A stretch of 64,000 nucleotides of DNA from Bigelowiella natans CCMP2755 (GCA_000320545.1 ADNK01001725.1:1-64000), one strand, 5' to 3'; shown: positions 14,590 to 28,213, counted from the first letter of the stretch. A program made the numbers and translations. The notes: a model not told the origin generated them from the letters alone.

Positions 14590-16960
14590 TGTTGCATGTG
14601 CAATGGATTGAAAATATTATTAAAATGCACAATTTTGCATTCAATGCCAAGAGTGATTGAATTAGTTGTGGCGAATGCCAACAACACAGCTCTGCATCGC
14701 ATGCAATGTTGCACAGTGAGCAATGCCGTGGCACGCAATCTGGCCCTGGTCCAACACGTGCGTGCAGCAGGCGGGATGCGCTGCACGTGCTGTTATTGCT
14801 ACACGCACGTGCGCATGGCTAGACCACTAGACCAGTGTCATCTGTCGTCTAGCTGCATGCGCGTCGCAATGAACGAAGCGTGCACGCATTGACAGCGCTT
14901 CTGCTGCGCATCGCCATGCGATGCGCAATGACACGATGCCGCATGCATGTGTGGCAACGTTTTTGGCTCTGACCACGAAACGACAATTGACAGCGCAGGA
15001 TGCACCGCTAGACCGCAAATGAAGACTGCTAGCATACCTAGCCGAACCCGTGGCGCGTAGCTTCCTGGCGGAAGAACGTGTTGCGCTGCGATGCCGTGTT
15101 GTGCCAGCGCATGTGCGCAGTGCCCCTGCTAGCCTGCTGTACAATTTGGAACCAACACTCTCGGAAATTTCCGTTCGATGTGCGTCCAGAATCTTGGTTC
15201 ATGTCATCTTGAAATCGTCACAACTCGGGCTCTGGATCGATCCCAGCGAGCTGCAAAAGCTCCGCTAGCTTGGCGTGCATGCACACGTCTGCACATTGAT
15301 TGATTCAAGTTCTGCGTGTAGCTGGTGGCTGAAGTTCTCACAACTCGGGCTCTGGATCGATCCCAGAGAGCCACAATCGGCAAAAGCTTGGCTGGCTTGG
15401 CGTGCACACGTCTCAGGCGGCGCACCGCCCGCGCATCGCATGGCCAAATCGCGGCGCTGGGCTGATTTGCGCGCGGCGCGTGCTAGCGTGGCAAAAAAGT
15501 GTTGCGCGGCAAAAAACTTCAACTGGACAGGCTGAAAGCATGTGCTCAGGCCTTTCGATCGCGCCGCTGCGCGTCACGCAACTCCTTGCGGTTCAATTTT
15601 CATCAAAATTTTCGAAAAAAATCACGCAGCTTCGCCCAGCTAGCTAGCTAGGCTGGTAGGTCTGGAGGTGTGAGAAGACAACAACAGTCACCAGGACGCA
15701 CTGCACTGAGTTGACAACAGCTGAACGAGCTGTGGCTGCGCAGCTGTCCAGTTGTGCTGCACAATGCGCGCACAACTGGTGCAGCTGGCCAGCTGCGCTG
15801 CATGCGCTAGCGTGGGCGCACACACGCGCACAGGTCGTCAGCCGAGAGCTCTGGTGCTGCCAGACCGAACCAGTGAAGCCTCAGACGACCTTCGGTCGTT
15901 TTCGATTCGTTTGGTTCACACTGCACGCCACGATTGTTCACTTTTCCTCTGAAACGGTGTGCTGAAAAAGTGAGAAACAAACGTGCAAGTGTCCGCAACA
16001 AGCGCACAAAGTCGCGTGTCACGCAACGCTGTGGCCACGACGTGTGGCAACAGTGCACGGTGCCAGCGTGGACCGCCACGACCAATGTGCACGACGATTT
16101 TCCTTCAAGCTTTCAACCTCGTGATCTAGATTTCCACCCTGTGTCAACGTGGCGTGCCCTCCACGAGTCGTTCTTCGTTTGGTGTCACTCCAACGTCCAA
16201 CCGTTGCGATTTTGCTCCTGCGACAAAAGCTTTCAATATCCTCTCAATGTGTCAATGACTGCGATTTCCTGACTGATGATGTGTCATGCTGCGATTTCCT
16301 TCCTGCCACAAGTACACCTTCCTTTCGTGGCAGCGACGCACTCGGGTTTGCACGAGCACGCCCGGCCATGAGCACTGAGTGGTGACGTTGACTCCTCCTC
16401 CTCCTCCTCCTCCTCCTCCTCCTCCACCCATCTCAGAACGTCCACAAAAAGTGCGTCAGTCTTCATCGATGCACGTGATGCAAGTTTGTGTGTGGCAGGG
16501 GGGAGGAGGATGACACCGGGACCTGGGTTGGAGAAGAAGCCGATGTGGCGTGGAGCAACAATGCGAAGTCAAAGACTGGACAAGAGCCGGAAGAAGAAAG
16601 GGCCAGACAGCAGCCAAACAATTCTTCACAAGTGTCCAAGAATCCCTTTTTCGAGTGGTCATGGGCAAACAGGAAAAACAAGTCCTCACATCGAAAGCAG
16701 CGTTCCGTGGCCAAGGCGACAAAAGGAGGTGATGTTTGTTCCAGCAGTGTCATGATTCATGAATTGATCATTGTTGTCCCCTGATTTCAATTTTGCATCA
16801 TTTGACAATGTCATTGAATTGTTGTTGCTTGCTGTTGATGATGTTTTGTCCATTGGTGGATGACTAGGAACTGTTGTAAATGGTGCACCAGGAACATCAA
16901 AATTACTTGTGCATGCACAATCACCATTCACAATTTTGACACCATCCATGTAACCTTTGA
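14590..16960. other. TpA-depleted, TG/CA-rich domain (largest in the window)
   Basis: Manual count for 15142-16875: 12 TA in ~1730 bp, 8 in CTAG and 2 more in GTAG. CpG is abundant. Confidence 0.9.
15218..15413 (+). repeat. Degenerate direct repeat, 120-bp period
   Basis: tcacaactcgggctctggatcgatcccag is identical at 15218 and 15338, followed by related gcttggcgtgca...cacgtct tails. One copy has gctagc where the other has gctggc. Confidence 0.85.
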
Positions 16961-19574
16961 ATCTTTCAGTTCTAGAGGAGGACGAAGGAGAGGAGCGACA
17001 GGGAGCCCAGAGGCAAAGGAAGAGGCCGCGTTTTGCAGCTGATTATGGACACGTAATGTCACATGTATATCATGTGTGCTATTACTATGTCTATTATGAG
17101 TATGTACTCATCATAGACACGTAACATCATACATGTGTTACACATGCTATTACTATGTCTATTGTGCTGCTCAGGAAAAGGAGACTTATTCTTCCCCCCC
17201 CCCCTCATTCTCCTCTGGGATGTTGAAGAAGCAACGAACTGTAATCTTTACATCTGCTACTGACCCAAATGTTGTTGATGATGAAGATGCGACGCAGCAG
17301 CAGCCCACCCAGCCGCAAGAGTCATCTCCCTCGGTTATTCCAAAGCGTGAAGAGGGTGTTTCAAAGGATGGGGGAGGAGGGCGGGATACCAACCAAGATG
17401 TGGTAATAAAAAGGCTAGAGAGAGAGGTTGAGGAGCTGCAGCGAGAATTAAGCGACCTCACGGCAGAGCTTCAGGCAGCAGAAGAAGAAGAGGGGCGATT
17501 GGTGAAGCAGAAGGAAAAGGAAGGGGAGGGAGAGGGGGGAGGGGATCAAGAGGAGGAGTCGTTCCCGGATAAGACTCCATCATCCACAGCTTCTCCTATC
17601 GGCAATGAGAGCTCTCTATTGCTACACCAAGCTTCTACCAACAGGAAGAGTTCTCATCTATGTAAGCTCGATGCCAGTGGCGATGATGATGATGACAACG
17701 GGAAGAGAAATCAGAGAAACCAAATACCAAACAGAATGCATGACAAGGGGGGGGGGGGGGGGGAGCTGAGGGGAAAAGATAGAGAGGAAATGAAGAAGAC
17801 CGTAATAAAAACGAAGGAGGGGGGACCGGAGAGGAAAATGAGGGTAGAAATAGCTGATGCGAATCCCGAGGAAGATCGGAAGAAGGAGCGGCGGACGGCG
17901 ATCAAATACGTCGAGAAGAGAAGGAAAAAGTCAATGGAGGAAGACAGAGAGGAAGAAGATAGCATGCAGCAGGAGCTAGAAGAGAAAGAGAATTGTGAGG
18001 CCGACTTTGATGATAGAGCCACACAGGAGTGTGAGACACAGCGGCAGCAAAAAGGGAGAAGGAGCAGTAGCACGAAGACGGAGGATGACAGCACAACAGA
18101 GTTGAATGATTACTCAGACGATGACATCACAATAGAGTTGGATGATTACTCGGACGATGTTGATGATGATGGCAAAAAGGCAAACATGAATGATAGTGAC
18201 AACAAACAAGATGCACGGAAACCAAGGAAGACTCGGTGCAAAAACATGAGCAAAGAGAGAGAGGTGGAGAAAGAGAATGGAGCGATGAAAAAACAAGAGA
18301 CGTACATAAGGCTCAAAAGCAACGCACTCGTAGAGGTAGCAGCGAAGGTGAAGAATATGAAAATATGTAAAAGAGAAATTTTCAAAGCCACCCAGCTCAT
18401 CACGGTAATGAAAGAAGAGGACGAGGGAGCTGCGACAAAAAGCTCCAAAAAGAAGACAGAAAGCAGAGACAAGGCTATTAGGGTTGGCAAGGAGGTAAGG
18501 ATGACAAGTAAGGATGAACGAATCATAAATATAGAAAAGAGGAAGGAAAGAGAAAGGGCTGTCGAAGAAGAGGAGGAACCTGGCGAGGATTCTCGAAGAC
18601 AAAAGATGCAACGATTGATGGCAACTACCCGATTTGATAAGTCATCCGTCACAACTCAGGGAGGGGGCTGCAATGAAGCAAGATGGCAGCAAAGCACACG
18701 AAGAAGAAAGCAGCAGATGTTTGAGATTAGCAATAATACTAGAGAGCACGTCGGTCCTGCACCCAAACAGCAACAACCTACTCAAAGAAAAAAGCTAGTT
18801 GCTCTACGACAACTAGCCGATGATGATGACGAACAAGACAATGAATACCGTCCAAATGACAATGGTACTGATTCTGCTTCTATTACTACCACTACGACTA
18901 TTCCCGGTAGCGCAGCCGTTCCATTGCCGGCAGTACAGTTCCCGATACAAAAGATATCATCATCATCATCAACAACAACAACAGCAGCAGCAATAACAAC
19001 AACAGCATCATCATCATTGTCATCATCCACTCATCATCAGAGCTTTGAAAAGAAAGGCAGAAATAGCAATAGCATGAGTAGTGGTAGCCATGTAGATGAA
19101 CAGGCCAGAGGAGGGGGGCAGGTAAGCAGCAGACAGCAAGATCATCGCGGAAGGGTGAATACTGTGTCGCAGCTGCCTCAAGTGGTTACATCGACGAAGA
19201 CGACTTGCTTGCTGTGGTAGGTTATGAGTCATTCACTGTGTACACAAGCTTAACATATTTCTTTCCTCCCGTGAGTACCCAAAAGATAGAAAGTCTCCGT
19301 GCACATTCTCGCCGGCAGCGATTTTCAAAAACCTGCCGATCTGGATCAAACTTCAATGATCTACCAAATTACCGCTAATCCAAAACGTGAATTTGCAAAC
19401 GTACATCACAGGATCGAGACTTCACAGGAGTACCGATGGGTGTTGAGGTTATGGCTTATCTAGCTTATGCTTGAGAACAACAACTTTTGCTTCATCTTCT
19501 GCTTTAATTTAGTGTGTGTTCTCAGGAAGTTGTTAAAGAATGTCCGCTTGGAGGAGGCTGCGGGCGTCCTGTGA
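16368..19574 (+). CDS. Hypothetical low-complexity, charged/coiled-coil protein, multi-exon
   Basis: In-phase model: 16368-16381, 16499-16728, 16970-17052, 17175-19216, 19319-19447, 19526-19574 (MSTEW|GEEDDTG...KG|VLEEDEG...DYGH|EKETYS...LLC|DFQKPAD...LR|KLLKNVRLEEAAGVL*). It may instead end at TAG 19220. No domain recognised. Confidence 0.7.
17045..17166 (+). repeat. Tandem duplication (two 54-bp copies, 68-bp period) spanning an exon end and splice donor
   Basis: 17045-17098 and 17113-17166 align without gaps. All 14 mismatches are transitions. Confidence 0.9.
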
Positions 19575-19619
19575 GCACAAAGAGAATGAGCTTGGTCGAC
19601 ATCTTTCTACAACTTTCAA

Positions 19620-20460
19620 TCCGAGTCCGTTATAGATGACAATGTGGCAGAAAATGGACCAGTAGCAAGCAACAAACACAAACATTGTTGCCTTGAGTGC
19701 CACAATAGCCAGGGCAAGTCAAGCCTGGTACATGAGCCGCACATCAATTGTGAGCTGTGCTTCATTCTCATGAACATGCGGACGCTCATCAAGGAATCTT
19801 TGCCAGGCACTTAGCAAGTGGGCACATTGCAGCGGGGCACATGTGAGACGGATGCAATATGTTGAATCCTTTTGATGGTCATCTGAATGTAGCGACACAA
19901 TGCGCCGACAAACGGGCGTTGGCAGGCACATGATTCCAGTGAATGGTGGTGTGAGCAGCTCGCACGCTAGCTGTAGCACGCAACAGCACCCACTTGCTGC
20001 TGACAACATGCATTGACACAGTGATGCGACGCAAAAAGCAAGGTTCCGACAATGTGCACATCGATCGATGCTGCCGTGGGCATGATGGCACCGCTCGCAT
20101 GCTAGCATGGCTCCACCGCTGTTGAAACACAAGCCCACGACAATTGCATTCGGTGACGGTCAGCATTGTTGAAGGGGATCAGATGTTTTCCCGCCACAAA
20201 TGTGATTCATTTGCCCCGGCTAGCCGGGGCCTCTCTAGCTCTGGCAAGCTCTAGAGCTAGCAATGGAAGAACATCATGCTAGCATGCAGCTCATTGACGG
20301 CACAAGAACAAATGATGCTGAAAGCGCGTGATGATCGAGAAAGCCTGCTCTTCGATTCTTGTTCAAATCTACGCAATGGGATGGATCAATGGTTGATGCG
20401 CTGCGTGCCATGATGCATGCGTAAATAGTCTGTTCATAGTCTGCGTTTGCAGCGTTTGCA
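19620..20460. other. TpA-depleted domain between convergent genes
   Basis: Few TA, mostly in CTAG/GTAG; rich in CATG/TGCA. Confidence 0.8.
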
Positions 20461-20825
20461 CGCTTGGTATTTATTACACTAGGAAAATCGTGCTAATCAT
20501 TATGAAGTGTTTCACGTCGTTCTAGATGGTAAAACTCTAATGCTGTTCTTTTTTTTGAATTTACAAAGTTGAAAGGTCTGTAATTATTTCGTAAGGAGGA
20601 TTAACTTTCTCATCGAAAATTAGAATATGAAACATTTCAATATCAAATTCAGAAATTCAGACGATTTGAAGAGGAGAGATGAAACAAACAACTACTACCG
20701 GCAAGCATCTGTACACGCAACTAACTTAACGGCCAAATATGTAGAAATTATGAAAATAATGCAGCAGTCGCTTCATCACATATTCCTTTTTGAGAAAACC
20801 ACACATGCACACACAACGGCAGCGT

Positions 20826-21622
20826 CTATTCGTAAAATGCAATGTGTCGAATATCAATAGTCGGCGGGACACCAGAAGAAGTTCCTTCTCTCTTCCGCGC
20901 ATCAATCATTTTCATGACAATAATCTTGCCGGAGCGCGGAAAATCGATCGCGAAGGTCTTTGAAGATTTGTTCGCTTTGCCTTCAAACATATCAAAGTAC
21001 GCGACAGGAGACTGCAGAACGGATGTGTCGGTGGCATAAGCAGCCACAATGCTGCAGAGGCCATCCAGCTGATGACGGGAAGAAGAAGAAAGAAGGAAGA
21101 GGAGGAGAAGAGGTGAGAAGAGTTACAGAACGAATGGGAATTTAAACAAAGCATTTGGTGTCGCAGAGTACTCAAAATACACTTATTGATATGTGTATTA
21201 TTGGCTCATGCACAACCTTGAGTCCAGAATAGGCCCTGGTACCTTTCATGTACACCGCGGCCTGTTCTTCAGCTTCTAGCAGCATCTGCAATAAAGGAGA
21301 CCAGCTAGGATGAGTATTGATGATGATATCCTCTTTTCTATGCCAAATCGTGAGAAGGAAGAAGAAGAAAATGAAAGACGTAGATTTCTCATAGAGGCAA
21401 GAGCCAATGGCTGACAAATATTACAGACAACCGTTGGGTCGGAATCTTCCAGAGCCCCTCTCTTTGCAACGTAGCCTTCGTAGCCTTTACGATCACAATC
21501 GTTCCATAATTTTGTCTGATTCAAAGCATTATAAAAAGAAAAAGGTTATTGCAATAAGTATATCGCCCCTTTGTGCGTCCCCAAAAGCGCATGCAGACGA
21601 TTCTTTTCAGCAGCGTTAGCTA

Positions 21623-21655
<33 letters not shown>

Positions 21656-22760
21656 TGATTACAGATTCCATTTCTGAGAAATCGTTCAAGACAAACAAGA
21701 GCCCTTTTCCCAAAGGATTATCATAATTCCTGTGGTTACGTAAACAAAAGATTTTGATGTCTCAGCACGGTTTCAAATAGTAACTATTTTTCCATTCCCC
21801 CTTGTCTCCCCCCCCTCCCCTTCCTCTTAACCGAATTAGAAATAGCGCGAAATCATATTCACGTACAGAGGGATGCAGACTTTGAAAAGCGTCGGGGTGA
21901 TCACACGGTTATCCCAAGAAAATTTTTTATGTCCTGTAAGACTATGATCATCGTCGTATCGATGGCACACACTATGCATCACGTCATCTTTGAGATGGCA
22001 AGAATCAGGAATTCTTCAAACTTTAGAGTTCAGAATTAGGGATTCTTAGGGATTCTTCAAACTTTCAACGTTGATGCACCTACTACCTTCGGGGACGAAG
22101 CTGATGTGGAAATTGCCTCTCTTTTCGTTCCTGGGATCAGTCGAATAAACCTGTTGGGATATAGCGATGATGAATCGAAACATTGTTGGAGAATACTGTA
22201 GGGGCCACATTAGCATATTAGCTTGAATTGCTTGTGCATCTACCTTTGAGTTGTCCTGGAGAAGACGTGTGGAGGCCAGCCAGTTGTCGTAAGTGCCTTG
22301 CCTTCCAGGTTTTCCGCAGTCTAATTTGAACGCAGGAGAATCATGTACATATCCTTAAAACGCGAATAATGCCATCCCGGAGCAATTGCCTAGAGGGCAG
22401 CTTTCGCCGGATTAGTCAGAAACATGTATGTATTTTCTAGGATAAATAGATTCAAAACCTTTGCTCACTCCTAATACTCAAACTACTTCGAAGTAGTAAT
22501 GGACTATCAATTTGAGGCAAAAATGTGGCGGTTCTCATCAACCACGAGCCTATAGTCTGACTACTGCACTCACCAACATTGCGTACGGTGACCCTGAGGC
22601 GCTTTCCTTCGCTTCTATTCCTTCTACTGCGCCTTCTATTATTGTAGTGTTGGACTATAGGATGGTTTGAAAGCTCCTCTATCACAGATTCATGAGGAGT
22701 CATCCCCCGCTCATCCTGGGGGGGTTCCCGAGCGCTGCTTCCGTCGGCCGAATGAAGCAT
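20826..22760 (-). CDS. Hypothetical protein, multi-exon
   Basis: Exon-like segments: MLHSADG... (22760); CGKPGRQGTYDNWLASTRLLQDNSK|VYSTDPRNEKRGNFHISFVPE; TKLWNDCDRKGYEG...VVCNICQPLA; MLLEAEEQAAVYMKGTRAYSGLK; ...IDFPRSGKIIVMKMIDAR...IDIRHIAFYE* (20826). Family not recognised. Confidence 0.65.
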
Positions 22761-23676
22761 TCTATGGGTTGTGTGGGAGCAGTCTTTACGTGTTCGACTT
22801 CCAATTTATTTCCATATAACGACATGTAGAAACTGTTGTCGTATTTTGAAAATCATATCCCTCTTCCTTACAACCATACAACCAGAAAATTCTTCAGCCT
22901 TTCGTGTACCACATCCCCAGTTGCAACCCATTCGATTTCAGTCTAACCGACAATGATGTTTTGCAATAATCCGTGCAAAACAGAGGACAAACTCGAGCTC
23001 TGTGACATACCCGATTGCTTAATAATGTTACAAGTTTTAAGTTTCAACTTCCGCGAACACACTTGTCAGTGTTTTTTCAAAATTTGGAAATGCAATCTAT
23101 TTAAAGGAATGTAATTTAATCTTGCTTGGCGCAGGTAAATGTTAGGGTTGAAGACAAGAAAAATTTCTTTAGATCTATCTCTTTTTTGAAACCTTGTATG
23201 TCTTTAATGCTTGGACAAATAATTTAAAACAAATGAACATTTATGTCGCATCCTATATTTTATGAATTTTTAATCTTTATTGCTTTAAATCTTAAATATC
23301 GCCATATTTTTTTCAGAATTTTACGATTAGACTATGCTTCGTTTAATCGTCAGAGGTTTTTGATGTAAAAAGGACTATAAAGCAAAAAAATCATCAAACG
23401 CTCCTAAAGTATATACTGCGTCATATACGAACTCATGTCTCTGAATTAAATCATTACAGCGCCTTCGCCCACCCCCTACCGGTGCGTTTTGAGGGGAAAT
23501 ACTCAGAAGTATCCTTAGGGTACGTTCGGGACCTGTTCGAACAGTTTTTTGGGATTCTTGTTGACTTTCACAAAAAAATCTAAGCTATCTCCCCTCCTAT
23601 TAACCTTCAACCCTCTTTACCGAGGCTGCTTCCTATGCTCAAATCTTGAGAACGCAAACTTTCCATTTTTCGAGGG

Positions 23677-25902
23677 ATGAGGAATATGGGGGGGGCACAA
23701 TCCCAAATCCGTTATATATTTTATTAAGAACTCTTTCTGTTCTTCATGCATAGTACCAAAAATATATATGGAGAATAACGTATCAAATCAGGAACACAGA
23801 TGCGAGTACGACAAATGAGCATTACGTTAAATTTCGAGTGTCAATTTCACATCAACCAATGCATCCATTGACCTTGGTAAAAATTTCACATCAAAATCAG
23901 GGTTTTTTCTCAATAAGGAAGTTGGTTTAGAGCCGCAGTTGCACCAGAGGCCTTCCACTCGGAGACCAGCCAACATAATGCGGAATTCTGATAGCCTCAG
24001 TATCAACATGGACCTTTCCAAAGAAAGGGGTTCCGGCATTAGCCAAGACTTCAATAAGGAAAGGGTTTCTGGAATTAGCCAGGACTCTAATAAGGAAAGG
24101 ATCTCTGGCCTCAGCTTAGACTTTTCAAAAGAGAGGCTCTCCGGAGGAAAGAAAATCGGTAGTACCTGAGCAGCTTTACAGGAATTCCTATCAGATCTTT
24201 TCCTCCACTCCAATTGCATTCAATGTGGCAATTGTGCACACATGTACAAGAACATCATCTTGTTTCTTCATCCATACATTGTATAGAAGTATGACTATGA
24301 AATCAACAAAAGTGTTGATCTAAACTACTTGGCCACTCTTTAGGACATAGCGTCCAAGAGTCCATGGACAGCACGCTGAGGGGCTTCGCGTCAAGCTTAA
24401 GTAGCAGAAACGAGCCGCAGGTGCGACGGAGTCGGAGTCGAGGCAGCTGGCAGTCACGTGATGGGTCGAATTCATGGCCCGTAGGGTCTCTCATGCTTGG
24501 GTCGGAATTCGATACCAACGTCGTTGATCCAACAATCGTTGATGAGAAAGGTAACAAGTAGGGAGGAGGATGAAAATGTCTCATTCGATCATTACCCGAT
24601 TTTGCAACTGTATCAGTGAGATGGTGTTTGAGATCCAACCTAAATGTTATGGGTGCTAGCTACTTGGTTCGTTATGTTTCTGTTTTGTCTTACCTTCTCC
24701 TCCTTCTCCTCCTTCTCCTCCTCCCCCCCCTCCCTCCTAACAATGACTGGCCACCAGCTGACGGGACTACGATAATGCTAGAAAGTGGAAAGGATTTCTC
24801 ATCACTGCTCGATATCACGCAGCCATCACCCAACACTCTTCTCGAGCCAACATGGGGAAGTAAGTCTCCAGGCCCAGAACTTAAAGAATTTAGCTTCATA
24901 CCACCAGCCCCGGCAGCAGTAGCAGCATCAACAGCAGCAGCAACAGCAGCAACAACCGCCACAGCAGCAGTGCTAGCGACAGAAGACTCTCCCCCCAACC
25001 CTACGATCGATGGGGTAACTCTAGCTAGCTAAGCGTATCATCGTCGCAGATATCTGTATATTTACGAGTTTGTAGTGGTCAAATCCCATGCAATGGAGGG
25101 GAAATAGAAGGGAGTTTTAAAGCGCCTCTTTTTCGAATCACCATGGAACTTATCAATCACTGGCTTTACATTGACTTTAAAGTTACTCCCCACTCTTTCC
25201 TCTCTCTTCTCTCCCTCCTCCCCCTCCTACCAACCCTCTTGCCCCCCTTAGAACCTTCCGTCTTCGTCTGGCCCCACGTCTGCCCAGGATGGTGAGCATA
25301 AACGGCGCAAGTCTTCTCTTATCCGCGAGCAACTTAGAGAAGCCTTCGTGCGGCAAACGTTTGCTTCTCCCAAGGAAGAGCAGCCAACAGATCATAGGCG
25401 GGTGAGGCAGCAGTGTAGAAGAAGAAGAAGAAGAAGAAGAAGAAGAAGAAGGAGAAAAAAATGATAATTATACGCGGGCAGCAGTGCATCAGAAAATGAA
25501 CTATATGCATATAATCGTAGGCCGACGGCATCACGCACGCACACACACACACACACACTAATACCGCATCATCCCAACACACACCACACCCCACATATGT
25601 AAAGGTCAAATGGATCCTTCCTCCTTCCTCAGATGATGATGATGATGATGTTAATATATGATGACGATGATGCTACTTGTCGTGATAGCAGTTTTGCGTT
25701 GGTCCTCCTCCTCCTCCTCTTCAGGTTGAAGAAGAGAAGTTTAGGAAAACAAATTACACCAACTTGCATCAGAGAATGCCTCCTAATCTCCACCCTCCTG
25801 GCACTGCATCTAGAGACCTCCCCTTCAACCAAAGAGTATGTTTTCTTTGCATGCAGCAGCAATTGAACACCAGGATTCATCCCTAACCCCCTCCCCCCCC
25901 CC

Positions 25903-25947
<45 letters not shown>

Positions 25948-26972
25948 CCCCCCCCCCCCCCTGGTCCCCTCTCTGCCTCATTCTTGGCAAGCTCACTCAC
26001 TAAAGTCTTTTGGTTCTTGATTTGTTGCTAACATATGATGTTGTATGTTTGATTGATGAAGGTTGCAGGAGGAGGAGGCAGCATGAACCCTACTAGCAGC
26101 TTTCAAGGCGGAACTTCCCCGAGGCACCGGAGATTGGGGGCGAGGAGTATCCAACCCATGGAGGGAGTGGTGCACCAGCTGCAAGGAAACCAACTCAGCA
26201 ATAACAACACGCTTCTCGGCGGTTTGGGGGGCGGGGGGGCTCAGACAGCAGCCTCCTCGTCCTCATCGCCAAACATGGCTGCCGCCGCCGCCGCCGCTGC
26301 CGCAGCTTCGGGCGTGACGATTACAGATCAGCGACTCCAGCAGGAACATCTCCGTCTACTAGAGGCCCAGGCCAAGCTTCAGCAGCAGCAGCAGTTCCTC
26401 GCACAACAGCAGCAGCTGCTCCACCAGCAAGCCGTCCTTAGAGCTGCACAGGGGCGCACAGCAGCAGTATCAGCGGCAGCAGCGGCAGCAGCGGCAGCAG
26501 CACAAGCAGTAGCACATCAACGACGCCAGCAGGCTGCGGCAGCAGCAGCTTCGGGGTTAGTACCAGGAATAGGAGGAGGAGGCCAACGACCGATCGTACA
26601 AGGAGGAGGACGAGGACAGCTCCAGAATAACAATAATAATCGGAATAATTTGGCCGCGTCGCAGTCTTCATCATCATTATCGCCAACGCATAATTATATT
26701 CGTTCGTCCCGGTCCTCTTCATTTCCGAGTGCGGCAGCAAGAGGGTGAGGATCACGACTGACGGCTATGTATTCCTTGTTACTATATTACTAGCTCACGC
26801 ACCTCGTTTTCCCGCCGCCGCTCTAAGGCTAGAATGCGTCAGTAGTAGCAGTAGCAGCAGCGATAGCAGTGATTTGGATTCGATGTCCTTGTTTTGCTGA
26901 TGCTCTTTGTCTGACTGTCTGTCATTATATTGAATATGCCCCACACGCCATTTATCACAGCGTTGTTGTTGG

Positions 26973-27007
<35 letters not shown>

Positions 27008-27647
27008 AGATCCGCAGCTGCTGCATCCTCTGCCGCCGCTCCTTCGCTTTCTTCCCTGGGTGGCCCAGGGGGGGGAGAGAACCCTCTGATTTCTCCAGGA
27101 TCTTGTATGTGATTGGGAGGAGGAGGAGAGGGACTTTGCTGCTGCTGATGATGATGATAATGGGTTGTTATTGTTGTGACGGTTATTAATTCAAGATGTG
27201 CCACCACATAAAACCTAGCAGCAGGGAGTTAGAGAGAGATCTGATTTGTGACAACTTTCTGGTCCTCCTCCTCCTCCATTTCACTCTTTCTACTTGAGAA
27301 ATGAATAGACAGATCAATCATCATCGAGGTCTCTACCTGATACTAATATATGACACTACTACTGCTACTCCTACTGCAGCTGCCTTCATGATGGCGTCTT
27401 CCAAGTCGTCTTCCAACAACTCTCCCACTTGGGCGGGGGCGGGATCGAGTGGTGGGTCAATGATATCGATGGGAGGCTCCTCCCCAGGAATAGGAGGCGG
27501 CATGCCGGAGGATGATATGTAAAAAAAAAAACAACACATCTACAATTACACTGAGGATGCTATGTAAAAGAAGAAGCAACACATACAACAATTACACTGC
27601 ATCATTCACATCATCGCTCCTCAGCGCTACCATTATCTACCACCAAC

Positions 27648-27681
<34 letters not shown>

Positions 27682-28064
27682 CCATCACCATCATCATCGT
27701 CAGGTCGCCAAAGACACGGAAGAAGATGAGAGAGAAAGAGCGTCGTCAGATTCTCAACTCCCACTACAACACCCTCCTGCAGCTGCTAAAGCCCAGGCCT
27801 AACACAAGGAGGATGGAAAAAACCAGCATCCTGGAGGAGACGATCACCATGATGAAGGCGCTCATCCGCACCAACAACATGCTGCAGGAGCGCAATAAAG
27901 AGATGGAGAACGAGGTGCTGCTGCCGCCGCTGTTGATGACGACGATGACGATGATGATGATGATAATGATGATGCCTGTGTTGCCTGCCGGCCTGCTGTT
28001 GTGTGAAACAAAAGAGAGGACAATAATGACGATTCATCGTGCTCAATGCTTCTTCATCTTCTTT

Positions 28065-28097
<33 letters not shown>

Positions 28098-28179
28098 CCG
28101 CAGATTCGCCGTTTACAAGCAGACAAGACAGACGTAGAGATGACATCATCGAGACAAAGGCCACCACCAGTAGCACCAC

Positions 28180-28213
<34 letters not shown>

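Noticed and set aside
15218-15413. Spaced direct repeat as CRISPR-like
   Set aside because: Only two copies, the similarity extends into the 'spacer', the context is eukaryotic and there are no cas genes.
14435-16385. Many overlapping Cys/His/Ala-rich ORFs here and in the other TA-poor domains
   Set aside because: Loss of TA removes TAA/TAG stops on both strands, so long chance ORFs appear in all frames. No protein motifs or exon structure are visible.
14590-16960. CpG-methylation decay or classical RIP as the cause of the TG/CA excess
   Set aside because: CpG is plentiful and TA is the missing dinucleotide. CpG decay would remove CG, and RIP would increase TA.
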